Assembly (NCBI RefSeq): GCF_036321535.1
Contig: NC_087472.1
Location: 105,400,001 to 105,464,000 of the forward strand
Source of the DNA: Camelus dromedarius
Taxonomy: Eukaryota
Length of the DNA stretch: 64,000 nucleotides
Direction: 5' to 3'
Below are positions 50,340 to 62,608 of the stretch, piece by piece (within the stretch, counting starts at the first letter, position 1; each line of letters begins with the position of its first letter). The position numbers and the translations under genes were made by a program. The notes under the pieces are model-generated. The model had not been told where the DNA came from. It did not search any database and saw only the letters and a program-made list of their open reading frames with translations.

Positions 50340-50520
50340 TTAATGGACTAGCTGTATGTCGACCCTCTGTTAAAGCCCTTTGTGTCCAGCATCTGATTCA
50401 ATTCTCACTCTATGCAGTGGGTTCTTGTATCCCCATTTTACTGCTGAAGAAACTGAGGCTCAGAGAAATTGAGCAGCTTGCTTGAGATGTGTCTACCCAG
50501 GTCGAGCTACCTAGTCGTCC
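50340..50520 (-). mobile_element. MIR SINE
   Basis: tatccccattttactgctgaagaaactgaggctcagagaaattgagcagcttgc. Confidence 0.8.
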
Positions 50521-51049
50521 CAGGGAGGCCCATCTCTTCCTTACTGTAGTCTTTTTCCAGGATCCCAGCCTTGGTAGCTCCACGTTGTGCCTGTTGTGTG
50601 TTGTACAACAGAGCAAAAGGCTCCCCCAGCTTGTGTGCTCCAAAGGAGGGGACAGGACCAGGAGAGCAGAGGAGAGTCAAGAACACTCTCGAGAATGTCG
50701 GACACTGTGTTGCGAACTCTCCCATCCACCTTGTTGATTTGACGGAATCTTAGAGCCAGAAGGAACTTTACAGGGATCTCATGCAACCCAGTTCCCTTCT
50801 GCAGCTTGAATTCGCCTCTACAACATCCCCTCCAAGTGGTTGCTCAGCCTCCGCACAGCAAAGCAACGATAAGAAAGCAGAGAATCTTCGAGTGCACACA
50901 GGGGGCGGGGAGTAGCTTCGTTTTGCTGGGGCTTCCATAGAATGAGAGAAACTGACAGGAAATAGACGTTGAGAGGCAGGCAGGGGCGAGATTATATAAT
51001 AACAATAATAACAACAAGAACAAACACAACAAAACCAACAGCAGTAGCC

Positions 51050-51270
51050 ATCATGACCATAATAATAGCAAACATCTTTTGAGGGCTTACCATATACTGG
51101 GGGGAGCTTTCCATGGGTAATCACCCCAAATCCTTGCACACATCTGTGACAGAGGCACTATGAGGTTCCCCATTTTACAGATGGGGGAATCCTGGAGATA
51201 TGACATAACTTACCCAAAACCACACAGTGGAAGCCTGAGGCAGGGCTTGAACTCAGCCTGGTTGCCTCAG
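51050..51270 (-). mobile_element. MIR SINE
   Basis: ttccccattttacagatgggggaatcctggag...acttacccaaaaccacacag...gggcttgaactcag. Confidence 0.75.
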
Positions 51271-51962
51271 AAGCTGCCTCATTTTAAACAGTGTACTTTT
51301 CTAGAAGCCTACACTAAGGCCTTTAGATTGTGTTCTGTAGGCCAGTTAAGGGTGACATTACATTCCGTCTCAATAAACCATCCACGGTTTCCATCATTAA
51401 AACTTAAGCAGAGCTCTCATAGTAATAGATCATATAAATGAAAGATTTGCATGCTCCAATTTTCACATGATTTCAGGACAGAAACCAAATCTGCTCTCTT
51501 TGCCTCCTACATAGACCAACACACTCACAATAAAAGGGATTGTTTAATCTTGATCGTTGGTAGTTTCCCACAGCTTTTCACTAATCTAATACTTTTCCCA
51601 GCAGTCATTCATATTACAGTGATGAAAAGCATTAGTAGGTCAAATAACATATTGAAAGGGGAGGCATTATGTACTCCCAACGCCCTTCTGGGTTAAAAAT
51701 GGTGAACTTTTTATTCCATTATGAAGCAGAGTTATCATCAGCAAGTAATAAGTGTTCACATGTTTTAATGTGCGCCTTCTGTGGAAGTCAAAGCTTTTTT
51801 ATAAGACGGTAGTTCCCAGATCATCAGCAGAAGGTGGTCAACGGCCTTATGGGAAGGAAAATGAAGCACAGGTGGGCAATGGACAACTGGCCCAGATTTA
51901 GGGTGACACCTCACATGGGCCCAAATCAGCCTTCTTGGTGGACCCTGCTGATTGCCCCTCCC

Positions 51963-52139
51963 TGAGGCTGGTTTCATGGGGCGGACAACCTGTGTCATCG
52001 CATAAGGCGCCACCCTCACAGAGGCCCTGTGCTTGCCTTAATGCTCTGCTGCCGCCATCTTGAAATTCTTCATAGTTTTGAACAAAGGGCCCTGTGTTTT
52101 CATTTTGCACTGTGTCCCCAAGTTATGAAACCGGTCCTG
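51963..52139. mobile_element. MER91A-like hAT-Tip100 MITE
   Basis: ggctggtttcatgggg...aatgctctgctgccgccatcttgaaattcttc...cattttgcactgtgtccccaagttatgaaaccggtcctg. Confidence 0.85.
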
Positions 52140-52859
52140 CCCCTTTCATTCTCATTCCCTCGGTGTCCCTAATGCCCCCTGGCTTTTCCTAGAACCCGGG
52201 AATGGGTCCATTGGCTCATCTGTCTCTTCCTCTGCCTAGAATGCCCTCTCTGATCATTCCCACTTGTGTGCCCAAGCGTGGAAAGGTCTGAGTGCGTTCA
52301 CAGGACGGTTCAGCCTCTTTACCCTCTGCTGAGTTTCAGTCTGAGCCTAGTTGCCCTTGGAGCTGCTGACCTGGGGTGGTCACCACCTTTTCCTAGGAAC
52401 TGTGCTGGGTGCATGCACCAGTTCTCTTCTCTTCCCCTCTGCAGGTTGTTGTTTCCTGTCTGGGGGACGCCTGTAGTGATCAGCTTACTTGTGCATCAGA
52501 ATTGACTGGCACATACCAAGGCCAGTGAAGGAGCAAGCCCTTACCAGCATCTCAACCCACTTCCCTAACTCCCTCCGACGCCTGCCCTCAAAGGAGCCTT
52601 CCCTGGGAAAGAATTCCATAGACATTCCACCAAAGCGAGAAGAGGATATCATCCTTTCACACAAAGGCCCAACACGGGGCAAATGAAAATACCAGGAGAA
52701 AAATAGTTGAGTTCTAGGTTTATACTGTGCAATTTATAGCCAGGACTCAGTTGTCTGACTTGGTAAAGAGGAGATGGACAACTGGGATTCACAGACACTA
52801 CAAGGACCAAATCTCACTTTAATGAATAGATTCAACAAAAGATTTAAAAGTTAATCACA

Positions 52860-53437
52860 TTCTTCAAACAGTTAAACACTGGATTACCATATGACCCAGC
52901 AATTCTGCTCCTAGGTATACACCCCAAAGAATCGAAAGCACGTACTCAGTTTTACTCTTGTTCACAGCAGTACTATTCCAATAGCCAAAAGGTGGGAATG
53001 ATTCAAATGTCCATCAATGCATGAATGGATAAACGAAAAGCAGTCCATCCACGTGATAGAATATTATTCAGCCATAAAAAGGAATGAAGCACTGACGCAT
53101 GCTTCCATATGGAAAAACCTTGAAAACACGCTAAGTAAAGAAGCCAGATATGAAAGACCATATATGGTATGAATCCCTTCTGTGAAACATCCAAAATAGG
53201 CAAATCCATAGAGAGAGGAAGGAGATTGTAGGTTGCCAAGGAAATGGGGACGGAGGAAAAGAGTGACTACTTAATAGGCACCAGGGTTCAGTTTAGGGTG
53301 ATGAAAATCTTTGGGAACTAGTTAGAAGTGGTGATTACACAACATCGTGAATGTACTAAATGCCAACTGGATCGTTCACTTTAAATTGGTTAACTTTGTG
53401 TTATGTGAGTTTTAACTCAATTTTTTAAATGCAAAAA

Positions 53438-53468
<31 letters not shown>

Positions 53469-53480
53469 GAAAAAAGAAAG
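52860..53480 (+). mobile_element. L1MB-like 3' end with A / (AAAAG)n tail
   Basis: ccatatgacccagcaattctgctcctaggtatacacccc...gtccatcaatgcatgaatggataaac...atcgtgaatgtactaaatgcc...ttatgtgagttttaactcaat. Confidence 0.9.
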
Positions 53481-53557
53481 TGAATCAGAGTCCCATTTCC
53501 TCCCACCCCAGTGTCTGGTTATGAGGAAGTGGGAGGGGAGTCAGGGTGGGGTGAGAG

Positions 53558-54205
53558 GCTAGGTTCTTAACTCTTTTTGTGCCAGCGCAATTTGAGGAAG
53601 TCTACAGACCCTTTCTTGGAATTATGTAAACGCAGAAAATAATAAAGAACCTGGGATCACGAATGCAAGCAATTATATGTCCATACACTTACCAAAAGAG
53701 CTGTAAACACTGTGATGTAGTAATATACGTGCTTCTTTATGCGTTCAGTAACATCATCTAGCAGTAGGCCTCACATCCGGCATAAATTCAGAATAGTGAT
53801 GAGTGGTAGATACCTGCAAAACGTTAACAGATATCGAAATAGTTGTCATTTCTGTTGTTGATACAGTCACAGGAACTACTCATATTACAGAGATTCCTCG
53901 CTGTTACGGATTGAGCATTCGTCTGAACGAAGGCAGTTGTCTATAAGCCAAGAACCCAACTACCCACACCTTGATCTTGGACTTCTCAGGCTCCAAAACT
54001 TTGAGAACAAAATGTCTGTTGTTTCAGCCACCTAAACTATGGTACTTTGTTGTAGCAGCCCGTGCTAAACGATTTGCCAACGTGCATCCTGGAAGGAAAT
54101 GCTAACGCTCAGTTAGAGGTTAAAGAAAATAAAGGTGTAATTTTTTTCTAAGTTCATGGATTCGCTCCAAAGAGCTCTTGAATGTCTGTGGACCCCAGTC
54201 TATCT
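53558..54205. mobile_element. hAT-Charlie-type DNA transposon remnant with an MLT1 fragment inserted (~53940-54070)
   Basis: Charlie-like ends ggttcttaactctttttgtgcc and gtctgtggaccccag. Internal acaccttgatcttggacttctc...ggtactttgttgtagcagccc is an MLT1 3' end. Confidence 0.65.
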
Positions 54206-55484
54206 AAAAGGGAAGTCTCTTGAACTAGACAAAGTCCCCAGCTGATGGTTTATGAGAGTGCATGGATGAAACGGCATGGCTACCAATGAACCGGAGAAAC
54301 CACAGAATAACTCTGCTTTAGAAATGTAATTTACCATTTCCTCCTCCATACTCTCTGTACAGCCTAAATTCCACAGTCTAGAGCAGCAGATTACCTAAAA
54401 AGGCTTAGGCAAGAGCTCAAAGGCAACAGCAGATTAGACACCAGTTGGGAAAGAAAAGAAAAGAAAAGAAAAAAAAAAAGACCGGTTTACAGGTGTCACT
54501 TTACATCCTGGGCTTTCGTAATTCTTATGTAATACAACTCGCATTTCTCTGCTGTTTGTGAGTTTTATCATGGCATTTTCTCATCTTTGGTGTCATGATC
54601 TCTTTAAAGCACCCTTATGCAGATAAAGGGGCTAGGTATCAATAATTCACAGAGGATGAAACTCAGCACAGAGAGGTTGAGTGACACACCCAAAGGTATT
54701 CAGCTGGTGAGCAGAGCCCAAACATAAACCTAAACTCCTTACTTCCAACCGTGGGCCCCCGGTCCTTTAGGCATGATATTAGGTGCTAGAGCTCAGCTAA
54801 TGCATACTTCGGGAGAAGGAGTAGCTAGCTAGGATGAGAGGGAACCAGATTCAGTCATTTATGAAACTCAGTCGTCTAAGGGCAGTATTAAAATGAACTG
54901 CAGGGTGATTTATAGGTAATGGAATTGTTCCCAGCGCTAGGCAAACAATAGCACACCGGGGTTTCGTTGTGGTAGTGGCAGTGGCGGTGACGGTGGTGTT
55001 TTGGTAGCTTGTTTTTGTTCTCCAAGAATCCATTTCTCAGATTTGAACCTGCCTGCTTGGTGTCCAAAAACCTAAACTTCCTCATTCATGAAAACGGCTT
55101 GCCTAACGTATTTACACACACGCTCCCCGCCTTGTTTTACTACTATGGTCCTTGGCACAAAGAGTAAGCATACATTTGGACTTAAGTCTTTCTATTTTTC
55201 TGTCTACGTACGGACAGGGACATAATTTTAGTTTGGGCCAGGAGGAGGTATTTTCATGTCTGAATTTTATATTTTGTACTCTATGGCTATGTTGGCATAA
55301 ATGCCGGACTTTTGAAGCTAAAATAACTGGATCTGGTTTTGCATAAGAAAGTATGCGGCTGGCCTAGGTCCCTTGTTCCTAGGAGGGAACCTCTAAACTT
55401 GGAATTTCCCAAGTGTCTGGAATGCCTTTGTTTTTCCTGATGGGCCACTGGGACCACACCTGATTGTTTATGATACTGAAGTGA

Positions 55485-56260
55485 CTTACAGAAAAGTTGC
55501 AAAAAGACAGTGAAAAATTCCTGTATACTCTTTACCCAGATTTATCAGCTGGTAATATTCTGCTGCATTTGCTTTATCATCCTATCTCTCTCACTCTTAC
55601 CTATTTATCGATCGATCGATCAATCTATGTAGCCATTGGTCGATCGATTGATCTTTTAAATCCTTTGAGAGTTCATTGTCAATCTGACACCTTTTACCTG
55701 CCAAATACTTGGTGTGTATTTACTAAGAACAAGGACCAGCATGCCACAGTGTAATTATCAGGACTAGGAAATTTCACATTGCTCCAACGCCGTTATCTGC
55801 TCAGCAGACCTCATTCCCATTTTGCCTATTAGCCTGATAATGTCCTTATAACATTTTTTTTTCTGATTCAGGTTCTAATCAAGGAGCATGGATCACATTT
55901 AGCTGTCCTGTCCCATTGGTGTCTTTTAATATAGAACTTCCTCAGCCTCTCTTGGTCTTCCGTGACACGGATATTTTTGAAGATGACAGGGCAGTTGTTC
56001 TGTGCGATTTCCCTTGAATTAGGTTTGCCTGATGTTTCCTCGTGATTAGACTGGGGCTTGGCCTTTTTGGCAGGAGTACTACACAAGGGATGCTGGACCT
56101 TCTCCGCGTCTTGCATCGGGAGGTGCACGACGTTGGTTTGTTCCATTATTGGGGATATAAACTTTGATTACTTGAGTAAAGTGTTCTCTGCCAGGTTCCT
56201 CCACTGTGAAGCCACTATTTTCTTGAGACGTGCTTTTTATTTGATCTCTATTCCTGACAT
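55485..56260 (-). mobile_element. Old L1MC4-like 3' region
   Basis: acagaaaagttgcaaaaagacagtg...ttcaggttctaatcaaggagcatggatcacatttagctgtc...gatgacagggcagttgttctgtg. Confidence 0.75.
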
Positions 56261-56289
56261 GGTGTGGATGTTTTAGCGGTCTTCGGGAA

Positions 56290-56620
56290 GAACTCTTAGG
56301 TCAGTGATACCGCAGACTGGGGGGCTTCTAAACCACAGAAATTTATTTCTTACAGTTCTGGAGACTGGACGTTATGATCAGAGCGATACCATGGCCGGGT
56401 GAGGGCCCTCTTCCAGGCCACAGACTTCTCATTGTGTCCTCAGAAGAGCNNNNNNNNNNNNNNNNNNNNNNNNNNNNNNNNNNNNNNNNNNNNNNNNNNN
56501 NNNNNNNNNNNNNNNNNNNNNNNNNNNNNNNNNNNNNNNNNNNNNNNNNNNNNNNNNNNNNNNNNNNNNNNNNNNNNNNCAAGAATTTTGCAAAGGACAC
56601 AAACATTCAGACCATAGCGC
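56290..56620 (-). mobile_element. MaLR LTR (MLT1A/B-like), centre replaced by N
   Basis: cagactggggggcttctaaaccacagaaatttatttcttacagttctggag...[N]...ggacacaaacattcagaccatagc. Confidence 0.8.
56450..56579. other. N-run, 130 nt, inside an MLT1 LTR
   Basis: Run of N in the sequence. Confidence 1.
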
Positions 56621-56819
56621 TCAGTAATGGCAGGATTAATTGTAACCTCAGTGCGGGCGAATGGCTCCCCCACTGTGCACAAACCCAAGTGAGATTCTGT
56701 GTGGCATTGAAGACATGGAGAAACCATGTCAGCGCCGTCCCCACTTACCAGGAACTTAGCTGTCATTTGAACAATACCAGAGTATTCACAGGGTACCCAG
56801 TTTCCAAAGGAGAAAAAAA

Positions 56820-57396
56820 AATTTTTATTGAAGTATAGTTGATTTACAATGTTTCAGGTATACAGCAAAGTGATTCAGATATACATATATATATAAATCT
56901 ATTCTTTTTCAGGTTCTTTTCCATTATAGGTTACTACAAAATATTGAATATAGTTCCCTGTGCTATGCAGTAGGCCCTTGTTGGTTATCTATTTTATATA
57001 TGCTAATCCCAAACTCCTAATTTATCTCTCCCCACCTTCCCCTTTGGTGACCATAAGTTTGTTTTCTATGTCTGTGAGACTATTTCTGTTTTGTAAATGA
57101 GTTCATTTGTATAATTTTTTTAGATTCCATATATAAGTGATATCATGATATTTGTCTTTCTGTGTCTTACTTCACTTAGTATGATCATCTGTAGGTCCAT
57201 CCATGTTGCTGCAAATGGCATTATTTCATTTCTTTTTTATGGCTGAGTAGTATTCCATTGTGTATATATGTCACATCTTCTTTATCCAGTCACCTGTCGA
57301 TGGACACTTAGATTGCTCCCACATCTTGGCTATTGTAAATAGTGCTGCTATGAACATTGGGGTGCATGTATCTTTTCAAATTATATTTTTCTTCAG
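56820..57396 (-). mobile_element. L1 3' end (artiodactyl-type)
   Basis: ttttattgaagtatagttgatttacaatg...gttccctgtgctatgcagtagg...ggctgagtagtattccattgtg...gctattgtaaatagtgctgctatgaacattggggtgc. Confidence 0.92.
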
Positions 57397-57535
57397 NNNN
57401 NNNNNNNNNNNNNNNNNNNNNNNNNNNNNNNNNNNNNNNNNNNNNNNNNNNNNNNNNNNNNNNNNNNNNNNNNNNNNNNNNNNNNNNNNNNNNNNNNNNN
57501 NNNNNNNNNNNNNNNNNNNNNNNNNNNNNNNNNNN
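57397..57535. other. N-run, 139 nt, at the 5' side of an L1 fragment
   Basis: Run of N in the sequence. Confidence 1.
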
Positions 57536-58299
57536 ATTTCAAAAGATAAGACATCAATCAACTTGCTTGCTGAACCTCACGGGCTATAACTCTATTCAAA
57601 GGGCAGCCCAGGAAGTTGGAGGATGCGCTTGGACCAGTCCCCTATTGCAGTGTTGAGTCTCAGAGGGCCTTCAACTAGCCTGGCACGTAGTTTGTGTTTG
57701 TGAATCATCTGTTAGGTGAGGTGACTCAACTGTCTGCCTGTCCTGCTGGGGGACGTGGGCAGAGCAGTTGGGAGCAGGATGGGGGGGATTCGTGGCTGAG
57801 AATAACAATGACAGGGATCATCTGTGAAAGGCTTGGCAGAGCCAGGCACGGTCCTGCGTGCTTTTTCAGTCCCCTAATGACCTGGTTGGGCGGTTATAGC
57901 GAGACCGATCTCACAGAGGAAGAGACTAGGGCTGAGAGCTGCAGCATGCCCAAGGTTATTCAGAGGGTGAGGCCAGCCATTGAATGCAACCGTTGAAGGT
58001 TTATTTTTCAGTCTTTCATTTGCATTTTCCTCCCTCAAGCAGGGACAGCAAGGCAGGAGAAGTTGAGATCTCAGATACAGCAAAAATTGTTCATTGGCCT
58101 TTGACTAGGTCAGTCGAAGTCAGTTTTTTGTTTGGGACTTTTTTTTTTTTGGTCTGCTTTTGTTTTGTTTTGTTTTGCTTTGATGGGAAGCACACTAACA
58201 TTTGTAGTGTGTGCTCTGTGTTGCTCTGTTAGATCCTCTCAATAACCCCATGAACTTGGTCTTAGGCCCTAACTGGAAGTATTAGTCGGTAGAGACTTT

Positions 58300-58820
58300 T
58301 CAGAGGTATTGACAGCTCTCACAGCATTCCTGGTGTGACCCAGCATCTCCACTGTTGGAACTGTTTTCTGTCGTCGAATCTGGACACATGCAAAGGAATG
58401 TATCTATAGCTACATATACATATACATACATGTACAGCTTTTCCCCATAGCACTGTAGTTAAGTGGAAAATCTAGCATCAACCTAAGTATATATTAATTA
58501 AGACATTAAATACATAATAGAATAGCCAAATAATGGAAAATTATGCAGCCGTTAGAAACAGATTGAGGCAGGTTTATTCACGATGCCAAGGAAGGACGTC
58601 CAAAGTATACTCTTAAGTGGAAAAAAGAGAACCTCAGAAATACTGGAGGATCTCCTCTGTGTAATAAAAAAGCAAGGTACACAGAGACAATTTCCAGAAG
58701 GGGGTCTTAAGAACTATTATCAGAGGTTACCTCTGGCAGGAGGAATGGACAATCCTCTATCGTTTAAGTTTTTCCCAGAAGCATGTACGACTTTTACATT
58801 TCAAGACATTTAAAATACAA
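58300..58820 (+). mobile_element. Old L1ME-like 3' region
   Basis: atggaaaattatgcagccgttagaaac...gtccaaagtatactcttaagtggaaaaaag...gaggttacctctggc. Confidence 0.6.
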
Positions 58821-58841
58821 TTTTATGGTTTACTTTCATCT

Positions 58842-59319
58842 TGTGAACGAAAAATACTGCAAACAGTATCAGTCAACAAAGCATGCTGAAGCCATCAAGT
58901 CATCAGCGGCTGCAGCCACCCCCCAGTGAAGACAAGCCTGCAGCCCAGCCTCTGCGGCCACTCACGATGGTGCCCTCTGCGGGGACTCAGAATAAGAAAG
59001 GACAGGATACTGGCCCTAGATAGCTAAGTGCTTGTCAAAGGAATGAACTCAATGAGCCCATATGTTTCCTCCCTCCCTTACATAGAAAAGCGCTAAATTC
59101 TTTAACTTGAGATGCCTGGTTTTCTTTAGCTAACAAGTGATCTTTAATGTTCCAACTACCTGGTCTCTGTTGTAAAGCTCCTATACATCCTAGCTCCTCC
59201 CCTCTCTCTTCGGAGCAGTCCCTCAGAGCGATCTGGGAGGCTGTCATCCGGGCTCAAGTCCTCCTGCCAAATAAAACGTAACTCTCAACTTTTAGGCTGC
59301 GCATTTATTTCAGTCGACA
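58842..59319 (+). mobile_element. ERV1-like solo LTR, family B copy 1
   Basis: TG...CA termini (tgtgaacg...cagtcgaca), perfect 4-bp TSD ATCT (58838-58841, 59320-59323), AATAAA near the 3' end. Confidence 0.9.
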
Positions 59320-59344
59320 ATCTTTTATGTATTTTTTAAATATT

Positions 59345-59470
59345 GTTTGTGTTGGTGGGGGAGGCTAGGCATGTATGGGGGCAGAGGGTATATGGGAAAT
59401 CTCCGGACCTCTCACTCAATTTTGCTATGAATCTAAAACTGCTCTAAAAAATAAAGTCTCTTTAAAAATG
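59345..59470 (+). mobile_element. L1MB/L1MC 3' tail
   Basis: tatatgggaaatctccggacctctcactcaattttgctatgaatctaaaactgctctaaaaaataaagtc. Confidence 0.8.
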
Positions 59471-60817
59471 TAAAATTAAAAAACGCATATTTTTTGTACC
59501 TTTTCCTGCCCCCCCCGAAACTTCATAAAGCCAACACAAAGGCAGTTGATTGAGAATGCCTTTGAAAGAAATCAAATGTGACCTTGGACTTGGGGTTTCT
59601 TTAGAAAGAAAACACCTTTGAAAGGAAGTGAAACGCACGGGTCAGGACGGAGCAGGGACGCTTCCTGCTCATCTGCACTTGAAGGAACTTGTGTTCTTAA
59701 AGGGCCAGGGGGACAGTTACGGTCAAGACTATGGCTGTTAGAACCCGTAATCAAATTGACTGTAGACGGGGCCCCAGCACACGTCCATTCTAGAACGCAG
59801 CTGAAGTACAGTTCAGTCAGCCAGCCCCACCGCCCCCGAGTTAAGCCACCCTTACCTAGAGCAGCTGTGTGCCTTGGCGGCCTTCCTCTAAAACGCGAGC
59901 ACACCAGTGCATTTTGGAGTGGAATTATAATTTCAGTCAGGTAGGGAGGCTGCTCCTGGAATCAAATACCGATGTACGTGTGCGTTTGACTATCCCTGCA
60001 CTGGATTTCTTTAAGTGGAGGCACCCGTGGCCAGGTTGACCCACTACAAAAGCATGCATTTGTACGGAGGCTTCATTTTCAGATGTCTCCGTTATTTGGC
60101 ATCTGCTAGCCCCGGAAGGAAGAGTTTATAAATGGCACACGTGGTGAGTGACTTGCCTAAGGTCTCTGGGTGTGCAGTGAGGCCAGAAGCGGGTCCCAAG
60201 CCTAGCAGGTTGGCTTCTGGCTGGTGCCCCAGCAGGGGAGGAGCTGTGGTTTCCTGGGGTTTCATCATCCGTCCGTCCGTTTATGTACAAGTAACTTTCC
60301 ACTTGCCTACTTTGAGACTTAAGTGCCAAAGGAGTGCTGAAGCGGGGGTGCTGACGAGGGAGGGCCCCACATGGGTAGTGGATGGGGGAAGCCTGGGAAG
60401 ACAGGTGAGGCTGGCGGGGGCAGGAGGGGCATCTTGCCACCTCTCGCAGTCTGGCATCCATACCTGTGCCCCCCAGCCACTCCCACTTGGCTACCTTGTG
60501 ACAAAAAGGAGTGGCACAGAGGAGGTGGGGGGCAGGAGAGGGAATGAAGCATCTTCGCGGCCCCTGTCCCTTCTCATGTCTGCCAAACTGCCGCTCTCCC
60601 GTATGAATTACTGGATAATCACCTCCACGGGAGCAGAGCAGAGCAGGTTCACGTGCCCCCCTACCATCACCATTATTACCACCGTGACTGACATTGATGC
60701 TGAGGTCCCTCTTGAATACCGTGTGGCTGGGCCGCGCTTGTTTCCCTGAGAGCTCCCTGGGCAGGCTTAAAGGAATATGGCCCTCTCCCCTTTCCACAGG
60801 TTCTCATCCCACCCCAG

Positions 60818-61348
60818 TAGGGTTGCTAGATTTAGCCCAGAAAAATGCAGAATGCCTCAAAGTTGGAATTTCAGATAAACATCAAATAGCTTTTTTTTAA
60901 AAAACAGTATTTGGTTTCCAATGGTGTGTTAATTTCTGGTGTACAGCATAGTGATTCACCTAGACATACATGTATTCCTCTTTGTGTTCTTCTTCACTAT
61001 AGGCCATGACAAGCTATCGAATATGGTTCCCTGTGCTGTACAGTAGGACCTTGTTGATGATGTATTTTATATGTAGCAGTTAGTATCTGCATTTATCCCT
61101 CTCCCCGCCTTCCTCCCTCGGTAACCGTAGGTTTGTTTTCTGTGTCTGTGAGTCTGTTTCTGTTTTGTAAAAAAGCTCATTTGTCTCATTTTTTAAGATT
61201 CCACATATAAGTGATATCATATGGAATCAAAGAGCTTTTGAGTATAAGTCATCCCACGCCATATTTGAGACATATTTCTATTTAAAAATTATTCATGGTC
61301 TGCAAGTCCAATTTAACTGGGCTTCCTCGAGTTTATGTGGCAATCCTG
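60818..61348. mobile_element. MER53-like hAT MITE split by an L1 3' end (minus strand, ~60895-61225)
   Basis: The arms agggttgctagatttagc...ttggaatttcagataaac and agtataagt...aatttaactgggcttcct...tggcaatcct flank the L1. TSD atcaaa(t/g)agctttt at 60881-60894 and 61226-61239. Confidence 0.85.
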
Positions 61349-61508
61349 CTTTGAGGGGGGAAGCTTAGAGCTTTTCACAGGTTGATCCACCCAAACACAG
61401 GCAGGCAGACAGACACACACACACACACAGCCCTTAGTAAGGCTCAGGCCTCACTTCTCCCCACTGGGGCCTCCTGCCAGCCGGCCCCACAGAGTCCTCA
61501 GGCAGAGG

Positions 61509-61575
61509 ATGGGGGGGGGAGGGGAAGGAGAGGGAAGGAAAGGGAGGGGGAGGAAGGGGGAGGGGAGAGAGCCTC
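61509..61575. repeat. Poly-purine G-rich tract
   Basis: ggggggggaggggaaggagagggaaggaaagggagggggaggaagggggaggggagagag. Confidence 0.9.
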
Positions 61576-62608
61576 AGAGGAGAGCAGTGTCAGGGGTTGG
61601 CAGCTGAGAGCTCAGCCCAGAGGAAACTGTAGACCATGGAGCAGATGGGAGCCACCAGGCCTGCGAGGCTTGGAGCTGGTCCACCAATCATGCCCGTGTT
61701 CAGACCCCGAGAGCTTGGGTGTCAAGAAAAGTGAGCCAAGACATCCCTGCGCTCCCTGAGGCCTTGATAGCCCAGGTTGGATCCATGCATTTAGTGGAGG
61801 CTCCTCCCCCCGCAGAGGCTGGCTTCAGCGCCAGGCTTCTGGTGGCCACACAAAGGCAGGATTCAGAACCAGCAGCCAGGGAGAGCCGGCTTCTGGGGAC
61901 ACAGAAAGTTTCAGTACTCTCACTCCTCTGCCTTCCTGGTCTCATTCAGCAGAGAATTACTGGGCGTCCACTAAGGGCAGGCAGTGTGCTAACCCGACAA
62001 CACGGCGCCTGCCCTCACTGGCTCTTCCTCTAATCAACTCGATTGATGTTTATTTGACATAAAATAAAACACGCTCGTTATCAGTTACGCTCCCTGAATG
62101 TGGGTGACCACGTGTGCCAATGCAACCATCGTCCCCGTCCAGATACAGAATATTTCCGTCACCCCAGAAAGTTCCTCATCTCTTAGTCAGTTGAGAGCCT
62201 TAAATGGCCACCTACTGTGTGAAGCTTTCTTGGACTTCCTGAAGCAGAAGGCAGTCCTCACACCCCCTGCCTCAGAAAGGTCTCACGTTGTGACAATTGT
62301 TTCTGTTGTCACCATTTGTTTGTTCCCTGTCTTGTCGCCCCAGCAGGCTGGGTCTCCTCGGTGGACCTAGGTTTTACTTCTCTTTGTATCTCCAGCACAC
62401 AGCCACGTCAGCCCTGAAGGAATAATGCCTGTGGAATGCTTCCCGGTAGGAGTCCAGTCCTGAATCGTGAAAGAAGGGAGATGGTTATTAATCTGGAGAG
62501 CTCCTCTTCCAAGCCAGGTGCAGATTGCAATCTGCTTCCCCTCTTCCCTGTGGCCTCGCTCAGCTCAGGCTTCTGATAATTTCATCAAGAGTCTGTTTGT
62601 CATGAGCC

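Noticed and set aside
60126-60797. Overlapping 223-aa (minus) and 205-aa (plus) ORFs
   Set aside because: GC-rich sequence with no recognisable domain, weak or non-ATG starts and no exon structure. Treated as chance unless PhyloCSF says otherwise.
59320-62608. Provirus between the family-B LTRs
   Set aside because: Each LTR has its own distinct TSD, and the interval holds unrelated repeats.
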